Below, piece after piece: positions 10,818-18,702 of a stretch of DNA of 64,000 bases. Numbering within the stretch: position 1 is the stretch's first letter; the number at the start of each line of letters is the position of its first letter. Made by a program: the position numbers and the translations under genes. Under the pieces are notes generated by a model that was not told the origin of the DNA, ran no database searches, and was given only the letters and a program-made list of their open reading frames with translations. The stretch is from Methanotrichaceae archaeon (lineage in GTDB: Archaea > Halobacteriota > Methanosarcinia > Methanotrichales > Methanotrichaceae), in the NCBI GenBank assembly GCA_963748825.1, contig CAVVKN010000012.1:95536-159535 (forward strand), in the 5' to 3' direction.

Positions 10818-11789
10818 ATGAGATCGTTTTCGCCTCGCACGGCCGCCCGGGCTCTCTGGCAGATGAGGATCCGGGGGAGGCCCTTTGTGCTCTCCCACGG
10901 CATAAATGCTCGCTGCAACCTGAGCTGTCGTTTTTGCGAGTACTGGAGGCACCCAGGCCGGGAGATGAGCACGCCGGAGATCCTGCACATGCTGGATGAG
11001 GCGCAGGATTTCGGCATAGGCGTTTACAATGCCTGGACAGTCGAGCCGCTGCTGCGAGAGGATCTGCCTGAAATACTGCGGCACGCCAAGTCCCTGGGGC
11101 TTACAACCTCGCTCATCACCAACGGCCTGCTCCTGCGCCAGAGGGCGAAGGAGCTTCCCGATCTGGACCTTCTCTCCGTCTCCGTGGACGGCATCAAGAG
11201 TTACAAAGAGCTGCGGGGCATCGATCTGCAGTCCGTCCTGGAAGGCATCCGGGCGGCGCAGCAGGCAGGCCATGAGATTCTGATGAACTGTGTCATTTCC
11301 GGCAAAAATGTGGGCGAGCTGGAGGATCTGGTGCACCTGGCCCAGTCGCTGGGGTGCTGGATATCTTTTGAGCCCATGCACGAGTCCTTCGGCATCGAGG
11401 AGAAGGTGTGGGGCTCTTTGAGGATACAGGATATTCCAGCATACGAGGAAGCGCTAGAGCGGCTGATAGAGCTGAAGAGAAGCGGGGCGCCTATCATCAA
11501 CTCCGTGACCTACCTGAAGATGATAAGGGACCTGGAGCCCAGATTCAATTGCCATGCAAGCGACATCATTTTGCATGTGGCATCGGACGGCACTATCGAG
11601 AACTGCCGCGTGCACCGCGAGCCGCTGGGCAATGTCTCCGAGGGACTGGCAAAGGTGTGGCAGTCGTCGCAAGATAGGCGAAAGGAGATCGTCCAGGGGT
11701 GCGAAGGGTGCCTGTTCTTCGGGTATGTGGAAAACAGCCTGCTCTACGAGTTTGTGCCCGAGGTTATGAGGCACTACGAGTGGATGTGA
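10818..11789 (+). CDS. Radical SAM protein with C-terminal SPASM/Twitch-like cysteines
   Basis: CNLSCRFC (CxxxCxxC); C-terminal C...C...CxxC. Confidence 0.88.
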   Translation: MRSFSPRTAARALWQMRIRGRPFVLSHGINARCNLSCRFCEYWRHPGREMSTPEILHMLDEAQDFGIGVYNAWTVEPLLREDLPEILRHAKSLGLTTSLITNGLLLRQRAKELPDLDLLSVSVDGIKSYKELRGIDLQSVLEGIRAAQQAGHEILMNCVISGKNVGELEDLVHLAQSLGCWISFEPMHESFGIEEKVWGSLRIQDIPAYEEALERLIELKRSGAPIINSVTYLKMIRDLEPRFNCHASDIILHVASDGTIENCRVHREPLGNVSEGLAKVWQSSQDRRKEIVQGCEGCLFFGYVENSLLYEFVPEVMRHYEWM

Positions 11790-11819
11790 TGCAAAAGCGC
11801 CTCGGTGGATTGCAAAAGG

Positions 11820-12371
11820 TTATAGGATTCCTATTTTACTCTTGATCATTCGTATATCATTCTCTATCCGGGCCTGCCACTCGATATTATTATGGACAGC
11901 CAGGTCATCCCGCAGGCCCCTTATTTCATCGATCGTCTCCTTTTGTCCTTCCAGCAATGTCCTTTGCCCATCTACCAGAGATTTCGCATTCTCTCTCGTG
12001 CCTTTCATATCGCCTTTTAGTTCCTTCAGATCATCTCTTATATCGATGAGAACGGGAATTGCTTTGTCAAGCTGAATCGTTGTACAAAACTGGGCATATT
12101 CGCCCACCCTCATGACATCTCCTTCGTAAGTACCTACTACAATCCTGGATACAGCGGCCCGGTTCGGTCTTTTTTCCTGTGCCAGCTTCCTGAAGGCATT
12201 GACTTCTTTCTCGCCGCCATCGACCAAGACCATTACTTGTTGTTCCTGCTCGTCCTCGACGTTATGGGCCTCAAACATCTTGATGCGACTTGCCATTGCT
12301 TTGTTCATCAGAAAGTACCTATAGCCTACGTCGTGGACTTTGGGGCCGGAGATGGTAATTTGGAGCTTCAT
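11820..12371 (-). CDS. Acylphosphatase-domain protein with C-terminal coiled coil
   Basis: ISGPKVHDVGYRYF acylphosphatase-like motif; paralog at 53230-53793. Confidence 0.8.
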   Translation of the reverse strand: MKLQITISGPKVHDVGYRYFLMNKAMASRIKMFEAHNVEDEQEQQVMVLVDGGEKEVNAFRKLAQEKRPNRAAVSRIVVGTYEGDVMRVGEYAQFCTTIQLDKAIPVLIDIRDDLKELKGDMKGTRENAKSLVDGQRTLLEGQKETIDEIRGLRDDLAVHNNIEWQARIENDIRMIKSKIGIL

Positions 12372-12571
12372 AATTAATCTATTATGTGCACTTGGACCTA
12401 GAAAAGCATTTTGGATAACGAGTATGCCTGCGATATCATTTTGCTTGTGGCACCAAAAGGCAGCATGGAAAACTGCCGGGTCCACATAACCAGCCGCTGG
12501 GCTATTGTCTCAGGGTGAAAGGAAGGCGCCTCGCTGATTTGCATGGCAATCGATTACGTCCCTGGGATCGG

Positions 12572-12608
12572 GTTGCAATTCTTGTTTTTTTGGAACTGGA
12601 AAAAATAT
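12572..12608 (-). repeat. Solitary degenerate CRISPR repeat outside the array
   Basis: 12572-12597 matches the first 26 nt of the repeat at 23/26 positions; the remainder is diverged. Confidence 0.6.
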
Positions 12609-12721
12609 CTATTTTATCGGCTTTTCTCCTCTTGCTTGCGCTTTTTGCCTTCGAGCCTCTTGTTTCTCTTTCTTTTTGTTCACCGTCGCCGTGCTCGGTG
12701 CATCCTTTTTAAATAAGTTGA

Positions 12722-13054
12722 TCATGATTGCTCCCTCGCATACCTCACGATTAATGTGATATCATAGGATCTGCTCATATTAATTTGTTCGCATACGAAA
12801 AAATGCTTAACGCTGTCTAGAAAAGCATCTAACTCCTTGGTTCCGGCAACTCGCGTTCCCTGACATCGTTTGTACTGCACCCAGGCTATATCTGCACCCT
12901 CCGGGAGGGCTCTGGTTTTCTTCTTTGTTTCTTCTCCCGCAGATGTAATAGTTTCCTTCACCGTGCCAGCCATTGGAGAGATAGGTGGTGAGCTTCGGAT
13001 AACTGGATTGGCGATAGTCTGAACGGCGGCGGGCTGTTCATTGTCGCGTTTCAA
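12722..13054 (-). CDS. Hypothetical protein downstream of the array trailer
   Basis: 110-aa ORF, no recognisable motif; annotated start lies inside the terminal repeat, so the true start may be internal (MAGTVKE). Confidence 0.3.
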   Translation of the reverse strand: MKRDNEQPAAVQTIANPVIRSSPPISPMAGTVKETITSAGEETKKKTRALPEGADIAWVQYKRCQGTRVAGTKELDAFLDSVKHFFVCEQINMSRSYDITLIVRYAREQS

Positions 13055-13199
13055 AACTTGTTCTTCATGGAAATGGCCATTGTACGTGGCCGACCAGGCG
13101 TTCCCGGTCGTACCTGTGGAGTTTCAATCCTTGTTTTCATGGAACTCGCCCTCGGACTCTGGTTCATCCTGGGCAATGCCCTTGCAGCCTTGGGGTTTC

Positions 13200-14664
13200 C
13201 CATGGAAAACCACACGAAACCAAAATCAGGAGGCGATCTATTCACCACCCCCAGATGGCCTTTTCTGGCCGACCTTGATCTCAGAAATGTCTGCGATCTC
13301 ACGCATGAGAGCATTCTTCCGGCTGCTCTCTTTCAGGTGATAAAAGGCATCCACAATTGCAGCGACCCGATCCGTTAAATGCTCTTCCTGAAATGAAGGT
13401 GCATGGCAGGGCTTATCCTGACTCGATCCCCTCTTTCTGCATTCACCTTCCAGATACAACTCCTGGTTGATCAGAAGATGATAAATGAGACAGATGAGTT
13501 TCCTGGCCACGGCAACAATCGCAACATTACGCTCCTTCTTTTTTATCAATCTCTGGAAGAATCTGGACAGCGCCGTCTTTTTCATATTTGATATGGTCTG
13601 CGCTGCTTGGACAAGTATAACTCTGATGTGCTTGGAACCCCTCTTTGTAATTCCACATTTTTTCTTCTTGCCTGCAGATTCGTTTTCTCCGGGATTGAGG
13701 CCACACCATTTTGCGAGCTGGTCCGGAGTCTTAAAATCACGGTAGTTCCCAATCTCCGACAGTATGACCGATGCAGATGTGAATCCAATTCCAGGGATCG
13801 ACATGACTATGGCCAGATCTTTGCTCTTTTGCTGAACTCCTTTCAGAACCTCAAGGCTTAGCTTCTCCATTTTGGATTCGAGATTGTCAAGGATTTCCAG
13901 AGCATCTATTAAGAGCATTCTGCTTGTATCGTTAAGACCATTTTCAAGTGCTGATCTAATCAGGTCTTGCTTCTTCCTTATCTTTCCGGAGGGTATGCCT
14001 TTCAAGATCTCTTCGATGGGCTTATTTTTAGCAAGACAGTTCAGGATGTATCTGCCGGACTTGCAGAAAATATCGTCCATGGTAGAACTGAGCTTAACCC
14101 CGCTTGATGATAGATATTTATGAATCCGATTCCTGAACTGAGTTCGTGTCTTGACATATCCGGACCTGGCTCGGGTCATCATCCTAAGGTCTCGGTCCTC
14201 ATCGGTAAATACGCGAGATCTTTTGATTTGACCGTTCAAGCAAAGGGTTGCGATTCGGTTTGAGTCTTTAGAGTCGGATTTGTCATTTGGAACGGTCTTT
14301 ATCTGCAACGGATTGGCTACAATTGTATCTATGGTTTTGCTCAGAGCATCATAAATCGGCATCCAATAGACACCAGTAGCTTCAAATGCCACTTGTTCGC
14401 ATTTGTTGGCAACCAGCCAGTTGCGGAATCTCTTAAGCTCGGCTTTTGTTGTCCCAAAATTCTCTCGAATTGTCGGTACATCATCGCCTGTTATTGTGGC
14501 AACGATCAGATCTTTATGGACATCTGCTCCGCAAACTCTATCTCTTCGTTTGTTCATACACGTCTCTGCCTGATATGGGCAGATGATCTTTCCCTGAGAT
14601 GGGATAATTTCCCATACGCGTTCCACGACGCAGTCCCGTATTCGGGGGGATCTTGGCCTGTTTC
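13200..14664 (-). mobile_element. IS110-family element copy 1; non-coding end truncated at internal GTTTC and fused to copy 2
   Basis: Starts CCATGGAAAACCAC right after spacer-GTTTC (13195-13199); matches copy 2 up to ggcctGTTTC (14660-14664) and lacks the last 130 bp. Confidence 0.93.
13238..14557 (-). CDS. IS110-family transposase/recombinase, 439 aa
   Basis: RuvC-like DEDD: GADVHKD, AFEATG, KSDSKDS; Tnp20 domain SIPGIG, GLNPGENESAG, AIVAVARKL; start at MNKRRD. Confidence 0.95.
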   Translation of the reverse strand: MNKRRDRVCGADVHKDLIVATITGDDVPTIRENFGTTKAELKRFRNWLVANKCEQVAFEATGVYWMPIYDALSKTIDTIVANPLQIKTVPNDKSDSKDSNRIATLCLNGQIKRSRVFTDEDRDLRMMTRARSGYVKTRTQFRNRIHKYLSSSGVKLSSTMDDIFCKSGRYILNCLAKNKPIEEILKGIPSGKIRKKQDLIRSALENGLNDTSRMLLIDALEILDNLESKMEKLSLEVLKGVQQKSKDLAIVMSIPGIGFTSASVILSEIGNYRDFKTPDQLAKWCGLNPGENESAGKKKKCGITKRGSKHIRVILVQAAQTISNMKKTALSRFFQRLIKKKERNVAIVAVARKLICLIYHLLINQELYLEGECRKRGSSQDKPCHAPSFQEEHLTDRVAAIVDAFYHLKESSRKNALMREIADISEIKVGQKRPSGGGE

Positions 14665-14702
14665 CCATGGAAAACCACACGAAACCAAAATCAGGAGGCG
14701 AT

Positions 14703-16022
14703 CTATTCACCACCCCCAGATGGCCTTTTCTGGCCGACCTTGATCTCAGAAATGTCTGCGATCTCACGCATGAGAGCATTCTTCCGGCTGCTCTCTTTCA
14801 GGTGATAAAAGGCATCCACAATTGCAGCGACCCGATCCGTTAAATGCTCTTCCTGAAATGAAGGTGCATGGCAGGGCTTATCCTGACTCGATCCCCTCTT
14901 TCTGCATTCACCTTCCAGATACAACTCCTGGTTGATCAGAAGATGATAAATGAGACAGATGAGTTTCCTGGCCACGGCAACAATCGCAACATTACGCTCC
15001 TTCTTTTTTATCAATCTCTGGAAGAATCTGGACAGCGCCGTCTTTTTCATATTTGATATGGTCTGCGCTGCTTGGACAAGTATAACTCTGATGTGCTTGG
15101 AACCCCTCTTTGTAATTCCACATTTTTTCTTCTTGCCTGCAGATTCGTTTTCTCCGGGATTGAGGCCACACCATTTTGCGAGCTGGTCCGGAGTCTTAAA
15201 ATCACGGTAGTTCCCAATCTCCGACAGTATGACCGATGCAGATGTGAATCCAATTCCAGGGATCGACATGACTATGGCCAGATCTTTGCTCTTTTGCTGA
15301 ACTCCTTTCAGAACCTCAAGGCTTAGCTTCTCCATTTTGGATTCGAGATTGTCAAGGATTTCCAGAGCATCTATTAAGAGCATTCTGCTTGTATCGTTAA
15401 GACCATTTTCAAGTGCTGATCTAATCAGGTCTTGCTTCTTCCTTATCTTTCCGGAGGGTATGCCTTTCAAGATCTCTTCGATGGGCTTATTTTTAGCAAG
15501 ACAGTTCAGGATGTATCTGCCGGACTTGCAGAAAATATCGTCCATGGTAGAACTGAGCTTAACCCCGCTTGATGATAGATATTTATGAATCCGATTCCTG
15601 AACTGAGTTCGTGTCTTGACATATCCGGACCTGGCTCGGGTCATCATCCTAAGGTCTCGGTCCTCATCGGTAAATACGCGAGATCTTTTGATTTGACCGT
15701 TCAAGCAAAGGGTTGCGATTCGGTTTGAGTCTTTAGAGTCGGATTTGTCATTTGGAACGGTCTTTATCTGCAACGGATTGGCTACAATTGTATCTATGGT
15801 TTTGCTCAGAGCATCATAAATCGGCATCCAATAGACACCAGTAGCTTCAAATGCCACTTGTTCGCATTTGTTGGCAACCAGCCAGTTGCGGAATCTCTTA
15901 AGCTCGGCTTTTGTTGTCCCAAAATTCTCTCGAATTGTCGGTACATCATCGCCTGTTATTGTGGCAACGATCAGATCTTTATGGACATCTGCTCCGCAAA
16001 CTCTATCTCTTCGTTTGTTCAT
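14703..16022 (-). CDS. IS110-family transposase/recombinase, 439 aa
   Basis: Same protein as copy 1 (LKRFRNW allele). Confidence 0.95.
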   Translation of the reverse strand: MNKRRDRVCGADVHKDLIVATITGDDVPTIRENFGTTKAELKRFRNWLVANKCEQVAFEATGVYWMPIYDALSKTIDTIVANPLQIKTVPNDKSDSKDSNRIATLCLNGQIKRSRVFTDEDRDLRMMTRARSGYVKTRTQFRNRIHKYLSSSGVKLSSTMDDIFCKSGRYILNCLAKNKPIEEILKGIPSGKIRKKQDLIRSALENGLNDTSRMLLIDALEILDNLESKMEKLSLEVLKGVQQKSKDLAIVMSIPGIGFTSASVILSEIGNYRDFKTPDQLAKWCGLNPGENESAGKKKKCGITKRGSKHIRVILVQAAQTISNMKKTALSRFFQRLIKKKERNVAIVAVARKLICLIYHLLINQELYLEGECRKRGSSQDKPCHAPSFQEEHLTDRVAAIVDAFYHLKESSRKNALMREIADISEIKVGQKRPSGGGE

Positions 16023-16254
16023 ACACGTCTCTGCCTGATATGGGCAGATGATCTTTCCCTGAGATGGGATAATTTCCCATACGCGTTCCACGACGCAGTC
16101 CCGTATTCGGGGGGATCTTGGCCTGTTTCAATCGCGGGATCAAACGTCCTATAAACTTGTCGGCCTTCACTGCCCATATCCGGCTTAACGTGAACGGATA
16201 ACAATATGTGGTTTTCCATCCGTCACGTGTGAGCCCCTGCCTGGGCTCATGGGC
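16023..16254 (-). ncRNA. Putative bridge RNA in the IS110 non-coding end (copy 2)
   Basis: Hairpins at 16230-16249 and 16188-16228; 11-bp stem 16170-16180/16037-16047 enclosing GATTGAAAC (repeat match, 16125-16133) and ATGGGAAA (donor match, 16073-16080); RNA boundaries unknown. Confidence 0.72.
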
Positions 16255-16961
16255 GTTTCAATCCTTGTTTTTGTGGAACTCGCCCTCGGACCTATATTAT
16301 AGTAATGACTACTATAAGTAAAAATCCGATGTTTCAATCCTTGTTTTTGTGGAACTCGCCCTCGGACCCATCTATGCCCAGGAATATATTCGATGTCTTT
16401 GAGTTTCAATCCTTGTTTTTGTGGAACTCGCCCTCGGACATTCCCACCTTCGAAATAGACCGAGCGTTTGAGATTGCGTTTCAATCCTTGTTTTTGTGGA
16501 ACTCGCCCTCGGACCGACATAATCACCAAGACCGCCCCAATTGACGGCCTGTTTCAATCCTTGTTTTTGTGGAACTCGCCCTCGGACATTGATTACTTGT
16601 TTCATGTTCATTACCTCCCTGCTAGTTTCAATCCTTGTTTTTGTGGAACTCGCCCTCGGACTCCAAGCGATTGCCTCTGGAGAAGTTAGATCGAATTGTT
16701 TCAATCCTTGTTTTTGTGGAACTCGCCCTCGGACCGCAACAGGTGACGACCTTTCCAGCAAAGTTGAAGCTGGTTTCAATCCTTGTTTTTGTGGAACTCG
16801 CCCTCGGACTGGGACACGGCGCTGGTTCTGATGCCGATCTCGTATAGTTTCAATCCTTGTTTTTGTGGAACTCGCCCTCGGACTATAATTTTGGATTCGT
16901 CATTCATGCATCCTCACGGTTTCCCATGGAAAACCACACGAAACCAAAATCAGGAGGCGAT

Positions 16962-18281
16962 CTATTCACCACCCCCAGATGGCCTTTTCTGGCCGACCTT
17001 GATCTCAGAAATGTCTGCGATCTCACGCATGAGAGCATTCTTCCGGCTGCTCTCTTTCAGGTGATAAAAGGCATCCACAATTGCAGCGACCCGATCCGTT
17101 AAATGCTCTTCCTGAAATGAAGGTGCATGGCAGGGCTTATCCTGACTCGATCCCCTCTTTCTGCATTCACCTTCCAGATACAACTCCTGGTTGATCAGAA
17201 GATGATAAATGAGACAGATGAGTTTCCTGGCCACGGCAACAATCGCAACATTACGCTCCTTCTTTTTTATCAATCTCTGGAAGAATCTGGACAGCGCCGT
17301 CTTTTTCATATTTGATATGGTCTGCGCTGCTTGGACAAGTATAACTCTGATGTGCTTGGAACCCCTCTTTGTAATTCCACATTTTTTCTTCTTGCCTGCA
17401 GATTCGTTTTCTCCGGGATTGAGGCCACACCATTTTGCGAGCTGGTCCGGAGTCTTAAAATCACGGTAGTTCCCAATCTCCGACAGTATGACCGATGCAG
17501 ATGTGAATCCAATTCCAGGGATCGACATGACTATGGCCAGATCTTTGCTCTTTTGCTGAACTCCTTTCAGAACCTCAAGGCTTAGCTTCTCCATTTTGGA
17601 TTCGAGATTGTCAAGGATTTCCAGAGCATCTATTAAGAGCATTCTGCTTGTATCGTTAAGACCATTTTCAAGTGCTGATCTAATCAGGTCTTGCTTCTTC
17701 CTTATCTTTCCGGAGGGTATGCCTTTCAAGATCTCTTCGATGGGCTTATTTTTAGCAAGACAGTTCAGGATGTATCTGCCGGACTTGCAGAAAATATCGT
17801 CCATGGTAGAACTGAGCTTAACCCCGCTTGATGATAGATATTTATGAATCCGATTCCTGAACTGAGTTCGTGTCTTGACATATCCGGACCTGGCTCGGGT
17901 CATCATCCTAAGGTCTCGGTCCTCATCGGTAAATACGCGAGATCTTTTGATTTGACCGTTCAAGCAAAGGGTTGCGATTCGGTTTGAGTCTTTAGAGTCG
18001 GATTTGTCATTTGGAACGGTCTTTATCTGCAACGGATTGGCTACAATTGTATCTATGGTTTTGCTCAGAGCATCATAAATCGGCATCCAATAGACACCAG
18101 TAGCTTCAAATGCCACTTGTTCGCATTTGTTGGCAACCAGCCAGTTGAGGAATCTCTTAAGCTCGGCTTTTGTTGTCCCAAAATTCTCTCGAATTGTCGG
18201 TACATCATCGCCTGTTATTGTGGCAACGATCAGATCTTTATGGACATCTGCTCCGCAAACTCTATCTCTTCGTTTGTTCAT
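16962..18281 (-). CDS. IS110-family transposase/recombinase, 439 aa
   Basis: As copies 1/2 except R>L substitution (LKRFLNW). Confidence 0.95.
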   Translation of the reverse strand: MNKRRDRVCGADVHKDLIVATITGDDVPTIRENFGTTKAELKRFLNWLVANKCEQVAFEATGVYWMPIYDALSKTIDTIVANPLQIKTVPNDKSDSKDSNRIATLCLNGQIKRSRVFTDEDRDLRMMTRARSGYVKTRTQFRNRIHKYLSSSGVKLSSTMDDIFCKSGRYILNCLAKNKPIEEILKGIPSGKIRKKQDLIRSALENGLNDTSRMLLIDALEILDNLESKMEKLSLEVLKGVQQKSKDLAIVMSIPGIGFTSASVILSEIGNYRDFKTPDQLAKWCGLNPGENESAGKKKKCGITKRGSKHIRVILVQAAQTISNMKKTALSRFFQRLIKKKERNVAIVAVARKLICLIYHLLINQELYLEGECRKRGSSQDKPCHAPSFQEEHLTDRVAAIVDAFYHLKESSRKNALMREIADISEIKVGQKRPSGGGE

Positions 18282-18513
18282 ACACGTCTCTGCCTGATAT
18301 GGGCAGATGATCTTTCCCTGAGATGGGATAATTTCCCATACGCGTTCCACGACGCAGTCCCGTATTCGGGGGGATCTTGGCCTGTTTCAATCGCGGGATC
18401 AAACGTCCTATAAACTTGTCGGCCTTCACTGCCCATATCCGGCTTAACGTGAACGGATAACAATATGTGGTTTTCCATCCGTCACGTGTGAGCCCCTGCC
18501 TGGGCTCATGGGC
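18282..18513 (-). ncRNA. Putative bridge RNA (copy 3)
   Basis: Same sequence as 16023-16254. Confidence 0.7.
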
Positions 18514-18702
18514 GTTTCAATCCTTGTTTTTGTGGAACTCGCCCTCGGACCACTGCCATCAAGTTCTAATGGGACCAATTCAATTTTGTTTCAATCCTTG
18601 TTTTTGTGGAACTCGCCCTCGGACATATTAGGTGATTTTCATGAAACTATGTATTATATGTTTCCCATGGAAAACCACACGAAACCAAAATCAGGAGGCG
18701 AT

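Larger units (their letters stand above)
14665..16259 (-). mobile_element. IS110-family element copy 2, full length (1595 bp including one GTTTC core)
   Basis: CCATGGAAAACC...CTCATGGGC-GTTTC followed by AATCCTTG (rest of the CRISPR repeat). Confidence 0.95.
16924..18518 (-). mobile_element. IS110-family element copy 3, full length
   Basis: spacer-GTTTC(16919-16923)|CCATGG...CATGGGC-GTTTC(18514-18518)|AATCC. Confidence 0.95.

Noticed and set aside
1619-11774. Long antisense ORFs over pan, hom, lig, hisD and the radical SAM gene
   Set aside because: Typical antisense shadows of GC-rich coding sequence, with no motifs
12464-12473. CATGGAAAAC resembling the IS end
   Set aside because: 10-nt match only, with no GTTTC core or further homology
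13195-13199. GTTTC on both sides of each IS read as a classical 5-bp target-site duplication
   Set aside because: IS110 enzymes recombine at a core shared by donor and target; the identical sequence at all sites fits a shared core. The exact core length within GTTTC cannot be determined from sequence
14558-14779. 513-aa and 462-aa extended versions of the transposase
   Set aside because: The extensions run through the structured non-coding end (and, for copy 1, into copy 2); the RuvC domain begins right after MNKRRD
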